A DNA stretch of 64,000 bases from Candidatus Aminicenantales bacterium. GTDB lineage: Bacteria > Acidobacteriota > Aminicenantia > Aminicenantales > UBA4085. Within the stretch, counting starts at the first letter, position 1, and each line of letters begins with the position of its first letter. A model generated the notes under the pieces. The model was given only the letters and a program-made list of their open reading frames with translations, was not told where the DNA came from and searched no databases. Shown one piece after another: positions 18,866 to 28,933 of this stretch. The stretch spans positions 1 through 64,000 of the forward strand of contig JBEKTZ010000011.1 in NCBI GenBank assembly GCA_049515535.1, written 5' to 3'. The position numbers were made by a program, and so were the translations under genes.

Positions 18866-19315
18866 GTGAACGAAGCGCGCGAGAAGCCGATCAAGATCCT
18901 CTTCGTCTGTCTCGCGAATCTCTGCCGCAGCCCGATGGCGAAAGCCATCGCCGAGGCCGTTTACGGCGGCATGATCGAGGCCGAGAGCGCCGGGATTCTG
19001 CCCGCGACGGGCCCGCCATTTCCCGAAACCGTAATGATCCTCCGGGAACACTACGGCGTTGACATCTCCGGTCACAGACCCCGGCACGTCCTCGAATTTC
19101 CCATCGCGGATTTCGATTATATCATCGCCCTGGACACCCCCGTCTTCATCCGGCTGAACGAGATGAAAGAGATCCCCAGGGAGAAGCTCTATGGTTGGGA
19201 GATCGTGGACCCCTGCGGCCTCGGGATGGAGGCCTATGAGCGGACGGCCCTGCGGATCGAAGACGAACTGGAAAGATTTGTCCATCATATCGAAACCGAG
19301 CGAAAACGACGCTGA
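18866..19315 (+). CDS. Low-molecular-weight protein-tyrosine phosphatase/ArsC family protein
   Basis: ILFVCLANLCRSPMA P-loop, ESAG and a DP motif. Start uncertain (GTG 18866 or TTG 18848). Confidence 0.85.
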   Translation: MNEAREKPIKILFVCLANLCRSPMAKAIAEAVYGGMIEAESAGILPATGPPFPETVMILREHYGVDISGHRPRHVLEFPIADFDYIIALDTPVFIRLNEMKEIPREKLYGWEIVDPCGLGMEAYERTALRIEDELERFVHHIETERKRR

Positions 19316-19332
19316 TTTCCAAGGAGAATAGG

Positions 19333-20589
19333 ATGTTCGACCTCGCGAAAATCCGCCATCAATTTCCCGCCCTGCAGGCCGGGGCGCTTTACCTCGACAA
19401 TCCCGGCGGGACCCAGGTCGTCAAGAACTGCCTGGACCGCGTCATGGACTATCTGATCGAATCCAACGCCAATCACGAGGGCGCCTTCAAGACGAGCCGC
19501 GCCTCGGACGAACTCATCCTCAAAGCGCGGACGGCCATGGCCGACTTCATCGGCGCGGCCCGGCCGGAAGAGATCATCTTCGGCCAGAATATGACCAGCC
19601 TGACGTTCCATCTGAGCCGCTCCCTGGCGCGCCGGCTTCAGGCCGGAGACAAGATCGTGGTCACGCGCCTCGACCACGATGCCAACGTTTCCCCCTGGCT
19701 TCTCATCGCCCAGGATCTGGGATTGACCGTCCGCTGGGTGGATTTCCGGCCCGAAGACGGGACGCTCGACATGACGAGCCTGAAAACGGCGCTCGACGGT
19801 CGGCCCAAGCTCGTCGCCGTGGGCTACGCGTCGAACGCTCTCGGGACGATCAACCCGGTCGCCGAGATCGCCAGACTCGCCCGCGAAAAAGGCGCCCTGG
19901 TCTTCGTCGACGCCGTCCATTTCGCCCCTCACGGACCGATCGACGTCCGAGAGCTCGGCTGCGACTTTCTCGTCTGCTCGGCCTATAAATTCTTCGGCCC
20001 GCATCTCGGGATTCTCTACGGCCGCTATGACTTGCTCGACGGGATCTTCGCCTACAAAGTCCGCCCCGCCCACGACGCGCCGCCCGGCAAGTTCGAAACC
20101 GGCACGCAAAACCACGAAGCGATCGCCGGGCTGCTGGGGACGCTCGAATACCTCGAATGGGTCGGTCGCCAGTTCGGAAAGGAGCGGGCGGCGGAATTCG
20201 AAGGAAAATATCAAGGCCGGGCCTTGCTTCTGAAACAGGCCATGGCCGCCATCCGAGCCTACGAACGCGACCTGAGCCGGGCCATGATCAAAGCCCTGCG
20301 CGAAACTCCCGACCTCACGATCTACGGCCCGACCGATCCAAGCCGGATCGAACAGCGCGTTCCGACGTTCGCGTTCAGAATGAAAAACATCGCCCCGCGC
20401 CGGGTCGCCGAAAAGCTGGACGCCGAGGGCATATACGTCTGGGACGGCAATTATTACGCCCTGGAAGCGACGAAGCGCCTCGGCGTCGAGGAGTCCGGCG
20501 GCATGGTCCGGGCCGGAGCCGTCCACTACAACACGATCGAAGAAATCGAACGGTTCGGCAAAGCGCTCCACAAGATCGCCCGCGCCTAG
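19333..20589 (+). CDS. Cysteine desulfurase-like class-V PLP enzyme
   Basis: YLDNPGGTQV, DHDANVSPW, DAVHFAPH, SAYKFFGPH, FETGT. GNYYA replaces the catalytic-Cys motif. Confidence 0.9.
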   Translation: MFDLAKIRHQFPALQAGALYLDNPGGTQVVKNCLDRVMDYLIESNANHEGAFKTSRASDELILKARTAMADFIGAARPEEIIFGQNMTSLTFHLSRSLARRLQAGDKIVVTRLDHDANVSPWLLIAQDLGLTVRWVDFRPEDGTLDMTSLKTALDGRPKLVAVGYASNALGTINPVAEIARLAREKGALVFVDAVHFAPHGPIDVRELGCDFLVCSAYKFFGPHLGILYGRYDLLDGIFAYKVRPAHDAPPGKFETGTQNHEAIAGLLGTLEYLEWVGRQFGKERAAEFEGKYQGRALLLKQAMAAIRAYERDLSRAMIKALRETPDLTIYGPTDPSRIEQRVPTFAFRMKNIAPRRVAEKLDAEGIYVWDGNYYALEATKRLGVEESGGMVRAGAVHYNTIEEIERFGKALHKIARA

Positions 20590-20664
20590 AACCGCCGGGG
20601 TGCAATTGAACACCCGCCCTTTATGTGTTAAAATTTTGCCTCCCTTCTGAAACAAGGAGTTGGC

Positions 20665-21591
20665 ATGAAAATCCTCGTCATCGGCGGGTCCGGCTTTATC
20701 GGGTCTCACATCGTCGACGTCCTCCTCGAGCAGAATCATCACGTCAAGATCTACGACATCGAGAGCCCCAAGTTCGGCCAGGCTTGCGAGTTCATCAAAG
20801 CCGACGTGATGGACCTCGTCCGCCTCGTCAAAGAATCCGAGCATTACGAGGCCGCCTATCTCATCGCCGCCGAAGCCAACGTTAACCGCTTTTACGACAG
20901 CCCTTTTTATTCGAACGCCATCACCTCGTGCTCGGCGATCAACGTCGGCGAAGCCGCCCGCAAGAACGGCCTGGGACGGATCCTCCTGGCCTCGACCGAA
21001 TGGGTTTACGGGAGCGACCCGGGCAACCCGGACGTCCTCATCACCGAGGAGACGCCCATGACGGACGACCCCGACCATATTTACACGTCGTCCAAGATCG
21101 CGGCCGAGCTTTTTTGCAAGAACTACCACAAGATGTACGGCGTGAATTACACCATCATGCGCTTCGGGATTCCGTACGGCGAGCGGGCCCGGCCGGAGAC
21201 CGTGACGCCCATCTTCATCCGGAAGATCATGAACGGAGAGGAAATCACCATCCACGGCGACGGCAGCCAGACGCGACAGTTCATCTACGTCAAGGACCTG
21301 GCCAGGGGCTGCGCCGCCTGTCTCCAGCCCAAGGCCGCGAACGAAACCTTCAACCTGAACGGCGGGGAACGCATCAGCGTCATCGACATCATCCGGAATC
21401 TCGAAGCGATCCTGGGCCGAAAGGCGCGGATCAAGTTCGTCGATCAGCGGACGGGCCAGTTCAAGGGCCGCCTGATCTCCTCCGAGAAAGCCAAGACCCT
21501 GTTGGGCTGGGAGCCGCGCTATTCCTATCGGGAGGCTCTCGAGAAATACGTCCAATCGCAAATCGCCGATCTCCAGAGCGGTCAGCGATGA
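20665..21591 (+). CDS. NAD-dependent epimerase/dehydratase
   Basis: GGSGFIG, YTSSK, GDGSQTRQFIYV. Confidence 0.92.
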   Translation: MKILVIGGSGFIGSHIVDVLLEQNHHVKIYDIESPKFGQACEFIKADVMDLVRLVKESEHYEAAYLIAAEANVNRFYDSPFYSNAITSCSAINVGEAARKNGLGRILLASTEWVYGSDPGNPDVLITEETPMTDDPDHIYTSSKIAAELFCKNYHKMYGVNYTIMRFGIPYGERARPETVTPIFIRKIMNGEEITIHGDGSQTRQFIYVKDLARGCAACLQPKAANETFNLNGGERISVIDIIRNLEAILGRKARIKFVDQRTGQFKGRLISSEKAKTLLGWEPRYSYREALEKYVQSQIADLQSGQR

Positions 21592-22976
21592 GATTCCGCG
21601 TTCCCGTGATTCCCGCGTCGGCGACGATCCAGGAAGCCATCCGGAAGATCGAGATCGGCGCCGGCGCGAGCGCGTTCATCGTCAACGAGCATAAAGAGTT
21701 CGTCTGCCAGGTTTCCATCCAGCAATTGCGGCGGATGATTCTTTCGGGCGCGGACAGCTCCTCGCGACTCGCTCCGTATCTCGCCTTCGGCGCCATCAAG
21801 ATCGAGCGGGCGAAGGCCGCCGATCATAAAGCCCTGGCGGCGATCGCCCAGGATATGGAGATGCAAGGCATCGGATATTGCGCGATCGTCGACCGGAAAA
21901 ACAAAGTCGTCGGCGGACTGGGCCTCAAAGAAATCAAGAAGATCGTTTCGCATGACCGGAAAAAGGAGCCTCCGGCCAAGACGGTGCCGACGAAAAACGT
22001 CCTTATCGTCGGCGGCGCCGGATACCTGGGAAGCGTCCTAGTTCGAAAGCTCCTTCAGACCGAACGCTTCGTCCGCGTCCTCGACAGCTTCATTTACGGC
22101 AAGAGATCGCTCCGTGACCTTGAAGGCCACAAAAACCTGGAGATCATCGAGGGCGATTTCCGGAACATCGAGACCGTCGTCAATTCCCTGAAAGACATCG
22201 ACGCCGTCGTCCTTCTGGCCGCGGTCGTCGGCGACCCGGCCGCCCATCTCCGGCCGGAACAGACGATCGAGACCAACATCCTCGCCGCCCAATCGCTGGC
22301 CTTCGCCTGCAAGCTCCAGTGCATCAGCCGCTTCATCTTCGCCTCGACGTGCAGCGTTTACGGAAAAACCGACGGCATCCTCGACGAGAACGCGCCCTTG
22401 AACCCCGTCTCACTCTACGCCCGCTCCAAGATCTTCTCCGAAAAAAGCATCTTCGAGCTGGCCGGCGATAATTTCTCCCCGACCATCCTGAGGATGGGCA
22501 CGCTCTACGGGTATTCGCCGCGCATGCGGTTCGATCTGGTCGTGAATACGATGAGCCTGAAGGCCCACGTCGAAAAGCGAATCCAGGTGTTCGGAGGCGA
22601 CCAGTGGCGGCCCCTGCTCCACGTCGAGGACGCGGCGGACGCCTTTATCAAATGCCTCGACGCTCGGCTCGAGAAAATCGGCAACCAGATCTTCAACGTC
22701 GGCTCGAACGGGCAGAACTACCAGATCCGGGAGATCGCGGATACCATCGGCCGCACGCTCAAGAAGGTGAAGATCGAAGTGGAAGAGGCGCAGATCGACG
22801 CGCGCGACTACCGGGTCGCCTTCGACAAGATCCAGCGCAAGCTGAGTTTCAAGCCGCAGCGGACCATTCCGATCGCCGCGAAAAAGATCGATCGCGAATT
22901 GAGCCTGGGCAGCATCAAAAACCCCTTCGCCAAGGTCTATTACAACCACTACTTCGACGCCGCCGAAGAGTCTTAA
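21588..22976 (+). CDS. NAD-dependent epimerase/dehydratase with an N-terminal CBS-like region
   Basis: ATG overlaps the upstream stop (ATGA); GGAGYLG, FASTCSVYG, YARSK, SPRMRFDLVVN, QWRPLLHV. Confidence 0.88.
   Translation: MRFRVPVIPASATIQEAIRKIEIGAGASAFIVNEHKEFVCQVSIQQLRRMILSGADSSSRLAPYLAFGAIKIERAKAADHKALAAIAQDMEMQGIGYCAIVDRKNKVVGGLGLKEIKKIVSHDRKKEPPAKTVPTKNVLIVGGAGYLGSVLVRKLLQTERFVRVLDSFIYGKRSLRDLEGHKNLEIIEGDFRNIETVVNSLKDIDAVVLLAAVVGDPAAHLRPEQTIETNILAAQSLAFACKLQCISRFIFASTCSVYGKTDGILDENAPLNPVSLYARSKIFSEKSIFELAGDNFSPTILRMGTLYGYSPRMRFDLVVNTMSLKAHVEKRIQVFGGDQWRPLLHVEDAADAFIKCLDARLEKIGNQIFNVGSNGQNYQIREIADTIGRTLKKVKIEVEEAQIDARDYRVAFDKIQRKLSFKPQRTIPIAAKKIDRELSLGSIKNPFAKVYYNHYFDAAEES
22627..22976 (+). 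repeat. 350 bp direct repeat, copy 1 (3' end of the epimerase gene)
   Basis: Matches 25991-26340 with 7 substitutions, counted by hand. Confidence 0.95.
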
Positions 22977-22984
22977 TCAGATTA

Positions 22985-23923
22985 TCACTTAATATCGACT
23001 TCGACCGTGAAAAATCTAAAGTTTGTGTATAGGACCTCCGTCTTGGATCGTACTATTGCTCTTCCTAAACTATTAACATAGGCTTCCTCAACATACAGAC
23101 GACTCGGGAATCGAATACCATTTTTTTCAGTTTTAAATTCAGAACTTATCGTCAGACGAGGCGAACGCATATATCGTTTTCCGCGTTTTTCGAAGACCTC
23201 ATAATTGCCGATCCGATTCTCATTCCATTCGATCTTGCGGATATCAGCGGTCGTCGGATCGATCCATGCCTTTCCAAAGAGGTTCTTAATATCAGGAGCC
23301 CCAAGCTTGGGTTTGGCTTCGATTGTGATGACCTGAAGCCCTTCAATTTTAGATTTGCCAATGATGGCATAATCAAATGACTTCTGATAGGCCTCACTCA
23401 AAAGCCCCACTGGCGCCAATAGCGCGTTGCCGAAAACGACGACAGACGTCTTAAGAACTGAATTTGAAACATTTTTTATTGCCCCGTTTTCTTCAATAAG
23501 CGTTCGCATCTCTCGGATGATATGATTTGATCGAATACATTGGTAATCATAAACATAGGAAAAGTCTTTCTTGCGCAACGGAAGAATCTGTGCCGCTACG
23601 GCATGTCCGGGGGGAATGAATTGCCAATCATCTACGGTATCTAATGGGTCCATGACATCAAGAGTCGGATCTATCGTTTCTCTGATTTCTTCATGGCAAA
23701 CGAAATTCAAAGCAACGCCCTCGAGCTTCCGGCAGTACACGGCTAATTTTCCCAAGAGGTCGTCAAGGCTGAGGGCGGGAGTTTTTTCCTGACGAATCGG
23801 CAGCCATCCAAACGCATTTATAAAGAGAAATCCGATACATGCCAGTAATATCCCGGCTCGTATCCGGATTGTCCGTCGTGCCAAATACATCAAGGATCTC
23901 CTTTCAGGTACCTCATCATTCAA
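22985..23923 (-). CDS. Hypothetical exported protein in the AT-rich insert
   Basis: Long AT-rich ORF overlapping the VWA gene stop; N-terminal hydrophobic segment; GKAWIDP..DIRKIE motif. Confidence 0.7.
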   Translation of the reverse strand: MNDEVPERRSLMYLARRTIRIRAGILLACIGFLFINAFGWLPIRQEKTPALSLDDLLGKLAVYCRKLEGVALNFVCHEEIRETIDPTLDVMDPLDTVDDWQFIPPGHAVAAQILPLRKKDFSYVYDYQCIRSNHIIREMRTLIEENGAIKNVSNSVLKTSVVVFGNALLAPVGLLSEAYQKSFDYAIIGKSKIEGLQVITIEAKPKLGAPDIKNLFGKAWIDPTTADIRKIEWNENRIGNYEVFEKRGKRYMRSPRLTISSEFKTEKNGIRFPSRLYVEEAYVNSLGRAIVRSKTEVLYTNFRFFTVEVDIK

Positions 23924-25895
23924 TGATAATGCTGGTCCCTATTCGGGAAGAATGGATATTAGCTATGTCAGTTGCCAAGATATTAAATGCGTATGTGTCG
24001 GGTTCCACGTCTGGGATATTCAATTTAATAAAAAATGCCTTTTTTTCTCTTTCTTGGTTTTTGTCGACCACAGTCAATGGAACAGAAACTTCATTTCCGT
24101 TATTCCTATCAACAAGAAATGCAGACAAACGAAGTCCCTGAATATCCCCTTTATTATAATAACAATGGACTGTAGCCCATATATCCGTGTTGCGCTTAAA
24201 AGACTTTTCGATATATGGCATAAATTGGGCAGGATTAAATAAGAACATCTCTGCAATTTTAACGTTCCCTTTTATTGCTTTAGCGCCTCCTATCGATTCA
24301 TCGCTTAAATTAATGGCATCTTTAGCCGGAAGATAGAAAATCGGCGGATATATAACGAGATCATCTGCTTTAGGCTTTGGAATATGTGCCGACACGGAGG
24401 CGACCGCCGCTCGACCTGTTGAATGATTCCTTAATACAATCCTACAATCATAATCCCCGAATGGAACAGAAAGAAGGACGAAGAGGAATGCCTTCTTATT
24501 CTTATAAATCGTAAAATCTGATTCAACATAGTGAAAATCGACAATGTCATCAGAACCATTAAAAACAAGACTGATAACCTCTACCCCTGCTTTAATAATA
24601 TCCTCCAGCTTATCGAGAGGGATCTCAGCGACAAGCCCGAGATTATTTGGCGGCATATGAGAACGAACGAAAGCCCTCATCTTAAATTTCACTGGCGTTT
24701 GCGATAAGGGTTTTTCAGCCAGCGCTATATCCATAAGGTGAAGTTGTCTTTCAATTTCTGAATATTTATCAAAAGGCTTAGGATCGAAATAGCCGGATAG
24801 TATTCGGACAACACATCCAGGGCGATTTACGTTGACCTTAATATTATGGAAGTCTTTGCCACGCGTCGCTTCAACTCGATATCCCAAAACATAATATGTT
24901 CCGGTCAGAGTCTGAATATCATTTAGATATTCCTCCGAGTCTCTCACGTTGCCATAAAACCGCCCGCCTGTAGCCGCGGCCATTTCTCTAAGAGCACTAA
25001 TTGCTTTTTTGGATTTCGCTTCTTCATTTTGGGGACCAATATAACTAGAGTAAACCGCGATATTTGATGCCGCCATTTTTTTGTAGAGCTGCGGATAATC
25101 AATGTTCAAGCTATATTTTGACCTCTCCGATTTATTATTCATCTTGTTGGGAATACCACTCGAATAAAGGATAATATTTTTTTGTCCGGGAAGATCCTGC
25201 AAAGCTTGGGCAAAAGATGTCAGGGCCCAGACGAAATTTCGAGCCATGATTTCTTCATTCGACTCATGCGCTTCTGTCATTACAGCTTGGTCGGTAATAA
25301 TAAATTTACGGCCGACGAGATTTTTATCATCATTAAGCGGAATGACTGGGTTCAAATCTTGAAGGCCAAACGATTCTATGGTTGCAGCTATTTTAGAGCG
25401 GTCTTTCGTCTGGAATTCGTATAACCTAAAATTCTTCCTGCCCGAAAAAGAAATGACGCCGATCTCATCCGTAGGAAGTATTTTATTTTTAATGAATCGG
25501 AGCGCTGAATCCCGGGCTAAAAGAAATCCCAACTCATCAGTAAAGGCGAAGTCAAAAAGGAAAAAGATCCTACGGGGAAGGAGCGTATTTATAGATTTAT
25601 TCGGAGTTTGGCTATTTTGTTGTTCATTATTCAAAGCACTGATATTATGGTTTTCAATGACTGTCAAGTCCCGCGGCCTTCCGTTATCATATAAAACAAA
25701 ATCCTTCATCTGAAAATCTGTTACGGGATTGCCTTTTTCATCCATAACGGCGATTTGAACAAGTTCAATCCTGCTGGATGATTCTTTCCTGACAGGTCCC
25801 TGAAGTAATTCTGTGTCCTTGGCAATGCTATTCGAGATTGGGAACGTAGAAGCGTATAAACAAAAGCCAACCAAAAGGACACGAGAGTTTATCAT
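23916..25895 (-). CDS. VWA-domain protein (VWFA-related, Acidobacterial type)
   Basis: Signal peptide; VMDEKGNPVTD...DFVLYDNG, FLFD, KNIILYSSG, MAAATGGR, YYVLGY. Confidence 0.82.
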   Translation of the reverse strand: MINSRVLLVGFCLYASTFPISNSIAKDTELLQGPVRKESSSRIELVQIAVMDEKGNPVTDFQMKDFVLYDNGRPRDLTVIENHNISALNNEQQNSQTPNKSINTLLPRRIFFLFDFAFTDELGFLLARDSALRFIKNKILPTDEIGVISFSGRKNFRLYEFQTKDRSKIAATIESFGLQDLNPVIPLNDDKNLVGRKFIITDQAVMTEAHESNEEIMARNFVWALTSFAQALQDLPGQKNIILYSSGIPNKMNNKSERSKYSLNIDYPQLYKKMAASNIAVYSSYIGPQNEEAKSKKAISALREMAAATGGRFYGNVRDSEEYLNDIQTLTGTYYVLGYRVEATRGKDFHNIKVNVNRPGCVVRILSGYFDPKPFDKYSEIERQLHLMDIALAEKPLSQTPVKFKMRAFVRSHMPPNNLGLVAEIPLDKLEDIIKAGVEVISLVFNGSDDIVDFHYVESDFTIYKNKKAFLFVLLSVPFGDYDCRIVLRNHSTGRAAVASVSAHIPKPKADDLVIYPPIFYLPAKDAINLSDESIGGAKAIKGNVKIAEMFLFNPAQFMPYIEKSFKRNTDIWATVHCYYNKGDIQGLRLSAFLVDRNNGNEVSVPLTVVDKNQEREKKAFFIKLNIPDVEPDTYAFNILATDIANIHSSRIGTSIIIE

Positions 25896-25990
25896 GTTCC
25901 CCCCATTAATAAACGCATAAAAATTAGAATAGCTATAACCGCCGTTTAATTCTACCCTATAGATCTAAAGAGATAAATATAAAAAATCCA

Positions 25991-26340
25991 AGGACGCGGC
26001 GGACGCCTTTATCAAATGCCTCGACGCTCGGCTCGAGAAAATCGGCAACCAGATCTTCAACGTCGGCTCGAACGGGCAGAACTACCAGATCCGGGAGATC
26101 GCGGATACCATCGGTCGCACGCTCAAGAAGGTGAAAATCGAAGTGGAACAGGCGCAGATCGATGCGCGCGACTACCGGGTCGCCTTCGACAAGATTCAGC
26201 GCAAGCTGAGCTTCAAGCCGCAGCGGACCATTCCGATCGCCGCGAAAAAGATCGATCGCGAATTGAGCCTGGGCAGCATCAAAAACCCCTTCGCCAAGGT
26301 CTATTACAACCACTACTTCGACGCCGCCGAAGAGTCATAA
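25991..26340 (+). pseudogene. 350 bp direct repeat, copy 2: orphaned 3' end of the epimerase gene
   Basis: No upstream part of the gene; abuts the AT-rich insert. Confidence 0.92.
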
Positions 26341-26435
26341 GCCGGCTCCCGTTCAATTGAATCAGCTATTTAATTTGGGCCGCCCCCATCCTCAAAGCCC
26401 GAAATGGACGCAGTCGCCGCGGACGATCACGGCCG

Positions 26436-28418
26436 TCACTCCCTGGCGATGTTCGACCATGCGCTTTCGAACCCGACGGTGGTGGTCACGGTGACGACGT
26501 ACTCGAACTTATCGGCGCTGAGCCTCCGGTCGCGATACTCGGAGACGTTGGCCGCGACGGACCCGATTCTCTTGAACTGGCTGTCCGACTGGCCCTGAAT
26601 CCTGCGAAAGATATTGACCTGGAGGATCGTGACGGCGTCGTTCAGCGGGTTCCGGGCCCAGGAGACGACGTTGATCTTCTCGGACCGGAATAGAGATTGG
26701 TTGATCGCGGTCGAAACGGCGGCGTTCAGCGGCTCGAAAACGGGAATTTCGGAGACATAATCCGACCTATCGCTTTCCTGGCCGTAGGGATCCATGGGAA
26801 TCGTCGTCAAGGCGTAGGTGTATTTCTCGTCCAACGGAAGGTTCCCGTCCACGTAAGCGAACGTGCCGGGGGATACGGCGGCCACGACGCTGAAATCCAG
26901 GTCGTCCAGGTTCTCCCTTTTGCGCCAGACCCGATAATTTTTAAGTGCGTACGCGTCGTTGGCCGGGTTTCTTTGCCAGAGAAGGGTGTTGATCTTGCGC
27001 GTCTGCGAGCCGTCGAGACGGGTCGTGAGCGTCGGGTCGAGCGGCGACCGGGGATGGACGGGAATCGACGTCGTCGTGGTCGTGGACGTGGTCGAAGTCG
27101 ACGTGGTCGTGGTCGACGTGGTCGTGGTCGACGAAGTTGAGGTCGTCCGAGTCGTGCTCGTCGTCAGAGCCGTGGTCGTCGACCCGATCGTCGTCGTGGG
27201 CGGCGGTCCGGTGGCCGTCGTCAAATAAAAGATTTCCCAGTTCCCGTTGATTTCCTGTTGGTAAGCGAGATATACACCGCCGCCGTTGTCAACGCTAATA
27301 ACCGGCCAGCCGCAGCGATAATTGCTGTTCGTGAGGTTCTGCGGGCCCGTCCATGCTCCTCCCTGCCAGGCGTTTCCATAGACCTGGTTGTTTTCCTCCC
27401 AGACGATGCCGATTTGACCGGTGAGGTGGTTGACGCCGATATCGGGTTTCGAGGGAGTGCCGGTCGAATTGGAGACGTTCACTTCTTCGGACATCGACCC
27501 CCCGGGGAAGATCTTCCGGAAAAAGATCTGGTCACGGCCCGTCGTTCCGTCCACCCAGACGACATAAACATTTCCGTCGTTGTCGCAGTCGACCTGAGAG
27601 AACGCCCAGTCCTCTCTCGTATCGTTCTTGACCACGATAGGAGAATTCCAACCGTTCGGATTGGAGGGGTTGTCGTTATGCGCATATAACACGGTCGACG
27701 ACCCATACGCCCTGTTGAACCAGATGCAATGCGCCCGGCCGTGAACATCGATGACGAACTCCGGGCGATAATCCGGATAGCCTCCCGAGTGGAGGACGCC
27801 GACGTTCTCCCAGTTTCCCGAAGGCGACCGGTACACGTCGAAGATATCCCACATACGTTGGGTGTCGTCGAACCAGCCTGCGACGACGGACCCGTCGACG
27901 GGACTGACCGCCGCGCCGGGGGCGTTCGAAGACCCGGGGGTATTGCTGATATCGCTCTCGGCGCTCCAGCCGTTGTTATAAACCATATGCCAAATATCAT
28001 AGTTCGTGTGGGTGGGGTCGGCATCTTTATAGAATAGATGGCAGACACCATTCGGGGCGACCGCGAAGCCTTTATAGCCGTCGCGGTCCAGAAACCCGAT
28101 GTGGGCAACGTATTGGGGCGAGCCCCACGTTCCCCCCCGGTTGGTCGCGAAATAGAGAAGGCTTCCCCCTTCGAGCCAGACGACGTAAGTGGCGCCTGAG
28201 CTATCCACGCCGATCAACGGCTCGGCGGATTCCGAAGAGGTGTTCGAAATATTCACGGGCGTGGGGGTCGCGAATAGAGGAAAGAGGGGAAAGATCTGGG
28301 CGGGTTTTTCGACGGGTCCGACCAGAGCCAAGCCCGAAATGGCCAAGCATAAGGCCGCGAAGCCCATCAGCGAGAGCTTGATTCGTTTCGCCACACCGTC
28401 CATATCTTCTGTCGCCAT
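26436..28418 (-). CDS. Secreted beta-propeller-like protein with a Thr/Ser-rich linker and two FN3-like domains
   Basis: Signal-like N-terminus; repeated NISNT..S..P.I.VD..G..YVVW units; poly-Thr linker. Start uncertain (28418 or 28403). Confidence 0.78.
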   Translation of the reverse strand: MATEDMDGVAKRIKLSLMGFAALCLAISGLALVGPVEKPAQIFPLFPLFATPTPVNISNTSSESAEPLIGVDSSGATYVVWLEGGSLLYFATNRGGTWGSPQYVAHIGFLDRDGYKGFAVAPNGVCHLFYKDADPTHTNYDIWHMVYNNGWSAESDISNTPGSSNAPGAAVSPVDGSVVAGWFDDTQRMWDIFDVYRSPSGNWENVGVLHSGGYPDYRPEFVIDVHGRAHCIWFNRAYGSSTVLYAHNDNPSNPNGWNSPIVVKNDTREDWAFSQVDCDNDGNVYVVWVDGTTGRDQIFFRKIFPGGSMSEEVNVSNSTGTPSKPDIGVNHLTGQIGIVWEENNQVYGNAWQGGAWTGPQNLTNSNYRCGWPVISVDNGGGVYLAYQQEINGNWEIFYLTTATGPPPTTTIGSTTTALTTSTTRTTSTSSTTTTSTTTTSTSTTSTTTTTSIPVHPRSPLDPTLTTRLDGSQTRKINTLLWQRNPANDAYALKNYRVWRKRENLDDLDFSVVAAVSPGTFAYVDGNLPLDEKYTYALTTIPMDPYGQESDRSDYVSEIPVFEPLNAAVSTAINQSLFRSEKINVVSWARNPLNDAVTILQVNIFRRIQGQSDSQFKRIGSVAANVSEYRDRRLSADKFEYVVTVTTTVGFESAWSNIARE

Positions 28419-28511
28419 TATCGGGGGTCCATTGAAAATTGTCAATTGCGGCCCGTCTCTTGGGCAGGGACGGACGTCCGGAAACCAAAAACTCGCGCTT
28501 CTCCTTGCCGG

Positions 28512-28745
28512 TCAGTTGGGCTTTTTGTCCACTTTGGCCGGCACTACGGGCAGGACGATCCTGGAGTCCCGGGCGGCGTCCCTGTAAACCGTTATCGTCG
28601 GCGGCGGGGTCACAGGCCGCGTCTCGGCGTTGTCCCTGTCGGCGCAAACGATCGTCACCCGGATCCTGTTCCCGGCCTCGAAGATGTTCGATGTCGGCTC
28701 CAGCTCAAACGCCAGCTCGACCGCCTCGCCTGGCTTGAGAAAGAT
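28512..28745 (-). pseudogene. Orphan C-terminal fragment of a CocE/NonD (PepX_C-type) hydrolase
   Basis: Not in the ORF track. Translates LKPGEAVELAFELEPTSNIFEAGNRIRVTIVCAD...TITVYRDAARDSRIVLPVV*, with an in-frame stop upstream and no start codon. Confidence 0.7.
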
Positions 28746-28784
28746 CTGGGAGAGCGGCGAGTCAGGGGACGAGCCTCATATCCT

Positions 28785-28823
28785 TTCATCAAACATTCAT
28801 TTCTCCTTCATCATTTCTTAACA
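28785..28823 (+). promoter_or_regulatory. Pho box: four direct repeats at 11-bp spacing
   Basis: TTCAT at 28785, 28796 and 28807, and TTAACA at 28818, upstream of the porin-pst-pho operon. Confidence 0.75.
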
Positions 28824-28933
28824 GGGTGAGCCTATGCTTAGGTTCTCTTTAATAAGAAAAACCTCCGATCGCGCGGGAACCCGGTTCACCTCCCGCCGAC
28901 GAGAGAGGGAACATAAGAAAAGGAGAAACACGA

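Noticed and set aside
19285..21561. Long antisense ORFs (e.g. 19285-21561 minus, 37007-39550 plus, 52371-54020 minus, 59237-60796 minus)
   Set aside because: They are shadows of well-supported genes on the opposite strand, common in GC-rich DNA, and show no recognisable motifs.
20928..21587. N-terminal extensions of ORF-track calls (20928-22976, 39636-40844, 44287-45345, 49298-51013)
   Set aside because: They overlap neighbouring genes or promoter DNA; downstream ATGs with an RBS or stop-start coupling fit better.
27061..27200. GTCGTG-rich repeats, as a possible CRISPR or VNTR
   Set aside because: They encode a Thr/Ser linker inside a CDS and have no repeat-spacer structure.
28745..28796. 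In-frame TGA upstream of the CocE fragment, as a possible Sec codon
   Set aside because: Only six codons precede it, the flanking residues show no homology, and I see no convincing SECIS hairpin.
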